Shown here: positions 60,501 through 64,000 of the stretch, in pieces
Numbering within the stretch: position 1 is the first letter of the stretch
Layout of the letters: every line of letters starts with the position of its first letter
Assembly: GCF_009914755.1 (NCBI RefSeq)
Contig: NC_060933.1
Strand: one strand, 5' to 3'
DNA: 64,000 bases
Source of the DNA: the human T2T-CHM13v2.0 reference genome, Homo sapiens
Notes under the pieces: model-generated
What the model saw: the letters and a program-made list of their open reading frames with translations, nothing else
What the model was told of the DNA's origin: nothing
The model's database searches: none
Translations under genes and position numbers: made by a program

Positions 60501-63500
60501 CTGTTCCATTCCATTCCATTCCATTCCATTCCGGATGATTCCATTCCACTGCATTTCATTCCATTAAATTCCCCTGCACTTGGGGTGATTCCTTTCCATT
60601 CCATTCCATTCCATTCCATTCCATTCCATTCCATTCCATTCCATTTCATTGCAATCGAGTTGATTCCATTGCATTCCATTCCATTCCATTCCAGTCCTTT
60701 CCATTCCATTCCACTCGGGTTGATTCCATTCTATTCCTTTCCATTCCATTCGATTCCATTCCATTCCACTCTGGTTGATACCATTCCTTTTCATTCCACT
60801 CGAAAACATTCCCTTCTATTCCACTCGGAATGATTCCATTCCATTCCATTCCATTCCATTCCGTTTCGTTCCATTACATTCTATTCCGTACCATTCCACT
60901 CCATTCCATTCCATTCCATTCCATGCCATTCCTCTCGGGTTGATTCCATTCCTTTCCATTCCATTCGGGTTGAATGCATTCCATTCCATTCCTTTCCATT
61001 CCATTCCATTCCATTGCACTCGGGTTGATTCCATTCCATTCCATTCCGTTCCATTCCGGATGACTCCATTCCATTGCATTCCATTCCATTCCATTCCCCT
61101 GCACTCGGTTTCATTACATTCCATTCCATTCACTTCCATTCCATTCCATTCCATTCCATTCCATTCCATTCCATTTCAATCGAGTTGATTCCATTCCATT
61201 CCATTCCATTACATTCAATTCCGAATGATTTCATTCCATTGCCTTCCATTCCATTCCATTCCCCTGCACTCGGGTTGATTTCATTCCATTCCATTCCATT
61301 CCATTCCATTCCATTCCATTTCGTTCCATTCCATTCTATTCCGTACCATTCCATTCCATTCCATTCCATTCCATTCCATTCCATTTCCTTCCATTCCATT
61401 CCATTCCATTCCATTCCATTCAATTCCATTTCCTTCCATTCCATTCCATTCCATTCCATTCCATTCCATTCCATTCCATTCCATTCTATTAGGGTTAATT
61501 CCATTCCATTCCATTCCATTCCATTCCATTCCATGCCATTCCACTCGGGTTAATTCCATTCCTTTCCATTCCATTCGAGTTGAATCCATTCCATTCCATT
61601 TCGTTCCATTACATTCTATTCTGTACCATTCCACTCCATTCCATTCCATTCCATTCCATGCCATTCCTCTCGGGTTGATTCCATTCCTTTCCATTCCATT
61701 CGGGTTGAGTCCATTCCATTCCATTCCTTTCCATTCCATTCCATTCCATTGCACTCGGGTTGATTCCATTCCATTCCATTCCGTTCCATTCCGGATGACT
61801 CCATTCCATTGCATTCCATTCCATTCCATTCCCCTGCACTCGGTTTCATTACATTCCATTCCATTCACTTCCATTCCATTCCATTCCATTCCATTCCATT
61901 CCATTCCATTCCATTCCATTTCAATCGAGTTGATTCCATTCCATTCCATTCCATTCCATTCAATTCCGAATGATGTCATTCCATTGCCTTCCATTCCATT
62001 CCATTCCCCTGCACTCGGGTTGATTCCATTCCATTCCATTCCATTCCATTCCATTCCATTCCATTCCATTCCATTTCGTTCCATTCCATTCTATTCCGTA
62101 CCATTCCATTCCATTCCATTCCATTCCATTCCATTCCATTCCATTTCCTTCCATTCCATTCCATTCCATTCCATTCCATTCCATTCCATTCCATTCTATT
62201 AGGGTTAATTCCATTCCATTCCATTCCATTCCATTCCATGCCATTCCACTCGGGTTGATTCCATTCCTTTCCATTCCATTCAAGTTGAATCCATTCCATT
62301 CCATTCCATTCCATTCCATTCCATTTCACACGGGTTCATTTCATTCCATTCCATTCCATTCCATTTCGTTCCATTCCATTCTATTCCATACCATTCCATT
62401 CCATTCCATTCCATTAGACTCCATTCCATGCCATTCCACTCGGTTTTATTCCATTCGTTTCCATTCCATTCGGGTTGAATCCATTGCATTCCATTCCATT
62501 CGATTCCATTACATTGCACTCGTGTTGTTTCCATTCCATTCCATTCCATTCCATTCCATTCCATTCCATTCCATGCCATTCCACTAGGTTTGATTTCATT
62601 CCATTCCGTTCCATTCGAGTCGAACCCATTCCATTCCATTCCATTCCATTCCATTCCATTCCAATCCATTGCACACGGGTTCATTCCATTCCATTCCATT
62701 CCATTCCATTCCATTCCATTCCATTCCATTCCATTTCGTTCCATTCCATTCTATTCGGTACCATTCCATTCTATTCCATTCGGTACCATTCCATTCCATT
62801 CCATTCCAATCCATTCCATTCCATGCCATTCCACTTGGGTTGATTCCCTTCCTTTCCATTCCATTCGGGTTGAATCCATTCCATTCCATTCCATTCCATT
62901 CCATTCCATTCCATTCCATTCCATTCCATTTCTTTCAATTCCATTGCACACGGGTTGGTTCCATTCCATTCCTTTCCGTTCCATTCCGGATGACTCCATT
63001 CCATTGCATTCCATTCCATTCCATTCCCCTGCACTCGGGTTCATTACCTTCCATTCCATTTACTTCCATTCCATTCCATTCCATTCTATTCGGGTTAACT
63101 CCATTCCATTCCGTTCCATTCCATTCCATTCCATTCCATTCCATTCCATTCCATTGCAATCGAGTTGATTCCATTCCATTCCATTCAATTCCGGATGATT
63201 CCATTCCATTGCCTTCAATTCCATTCCATTCCCCTGCACTCGGGTTGATTCCATTCCATTCCATTCCATTCCATTCCATTCCATTCCATTCCATTCCATT
63301 TCATTCCATTCCATTTCGTTCCTTTCCATTCTATTCCGTACCATTCCATTCCATTCCATTCCATTCCATTCCATTCCATGCCATTCCACTCGGGTTGATT
63401 CCATTCCTTTCCATTCCATTCGAGTTGAATCCATTCCAATCCATTCCATTCCATTCGATTCCATTCCATTGCACACGGGTTCATTCCATTCCATTCCATT

Positions 63501-64000
63501 CCATTCCATTCCATTCCATTCCATTCCATTTCGTTCCATTCCATTCTATTCCGTACCATTCCATTCCATTCCATTCCATTCCATTCCACTCCACTCCATG
63601 CCATTCCACTCGGGTTTATTCCATTCCTTTCCATTCCATTCGGGTTGAATCCATTCCATTCCATTCCATTCCATTCGATTCCATTACATTGCACTCGGGT
63701 TGATTCCATTCCATTCCATTCCATTCCATTCCACTCCATTCCATGCCATTCCACGCGGGTTTATTCCATTCCTTTCCATTCCATTCGTGTTGAATCCATT
63801 CCATTCCATTCCATTCCATTCCATTCCATTACACTGCACTCAGGTTGATTCCATTCCATTCCATTCCATTCCATTTCATTCCATTCCATTCCATTCCATT
63901 CCATTCCATTCCATTCCATTCCATGCCATTCCACTCGTTTTGATTCCATTCCTTTGCATTCCATTAGTGTTGAACCAATTCCATTCCATTCCATTCCATT
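45541..64000 (+). repeat. ~22.97 kb higher-order unit, copy 2 (truncated by the window end; 64000 corresponds to ~41048)
   Basis: Collinear with 22570-41048. For example, ATTAGTGTTGAACCAATT is at 41011 and 63963. Confidence 0.93.
56160..59050 (+). repeat. Dialect-I island within the 23 kb unit, copy 2
   Basis: Copy of 33190-36090 at offset 22967/22962. Confidence 0.78.

Larger units (their letters stand above)
1..64000 (+). repeat. Satellite III (HSat3)-type array, C-rich (CATTC)n strand on +, single orientation
   Basis: Continuous CATTC pentamers from end to end, with recurrent ACTCGGGTTG/ATTCGGGTT decamer-type interruptions, the established signature of human classical satellite 3. It lacks the CATTCGATTC-dominated pattern of HSat2. 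Chromosome and subfamily cannot be assigned by eye. Confidence 0.97.
15300..64000 (+). repeat. HSat3 domain II: dialect-II modules with embedded dialect-I islands
   Basis: Motifs first seen after ~15.3 kb: CATTGCCTTCAATTCC, TGCACACGGGTTCATT, CATGCCATTCCACTCGGGTTTATT, CATTCGAGTTGAA[T/C]CC and CCGGATGACTCC. The pentamer register is held over multi-kb stretches. Confidence 0.75.

Noticed and set aside
34-63994. Hundreds of ORFs of up to 402 aa (e.g. 7923..9131, 35908..37062, 15760..16824)
   Set aside because: (CATTC)n has no stop codon in any frame on either strand, so long ORFs are expected. All translate as HSIPF or MEWNG repeats with no domain. I used them only as alignment landmarks.
1-64000. 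CRISPR-like repeat/spacer appearance of GGGTTGATT motifs separated by variable tracts
   Set aside because: The 'spacers' are the same pentamer in variable number rather than unique sequence, and there are no cas genes.
1-64000. Strand inversion or an embedded Alu, L1, alpha-satellite or unique sequence
   Set aside because: No GAATG-oriented tract, poly-A tail or non-satellite stretch was seen. The longest departures are ~30-40 bp degenerate pentamer modules.
1-64000. Assignment to DYZ1 (Yq12) or to a specific chromosome or subfamily
   Set aside because: No ~3.5-3.6 kb periodicity is evident, and subfamily assignment needs k-mer classification that I cannot run.

Overview
The whole 64 kb window is one uninterrupted human/great-ape Satellite III (HSat3)-type array. 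It reads (CATTC)n on the + strand and (GAATG)n on the - strand, interspersed with the classic Sat3 variant blocks (A[C/T]TCGGGTTG, CAATCGAGTTG, CCGGATGATT). I see no genes, RNA genes, transposon insertions or strand inversions; every ORF in the track is a translation of the pentamer (HSIPF/MEWNG). The informative signal is architectural. (1) A near-identical ~22.97 kb tandem higher-order duplication runs ~22570-45540, with a second copy from 45541 past the window end. (2) Older nested duplications have offsets of ~1.1, 1.22, 4.5, 8.5, 8.8, 9.8, 10.0 and 13.3 kb. (3) Two motif 'dialects' switch at ~15.3 kb, and dialect-I islands are embedded in the 23 kb unit. (4) A ~0.6 kb templated insertion at 20.9-21.5 kb copies the junction of the 23 kb unit and is flanked by a ~0.74 kb duplication. 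(5) Perfect three-unit heat-shock elements and a perfect 14-bp palindrome were found only in dialect I. I found no novel gene system. All coordinates and counts were read by eye or from identical ORF pairs, not from an alignment.
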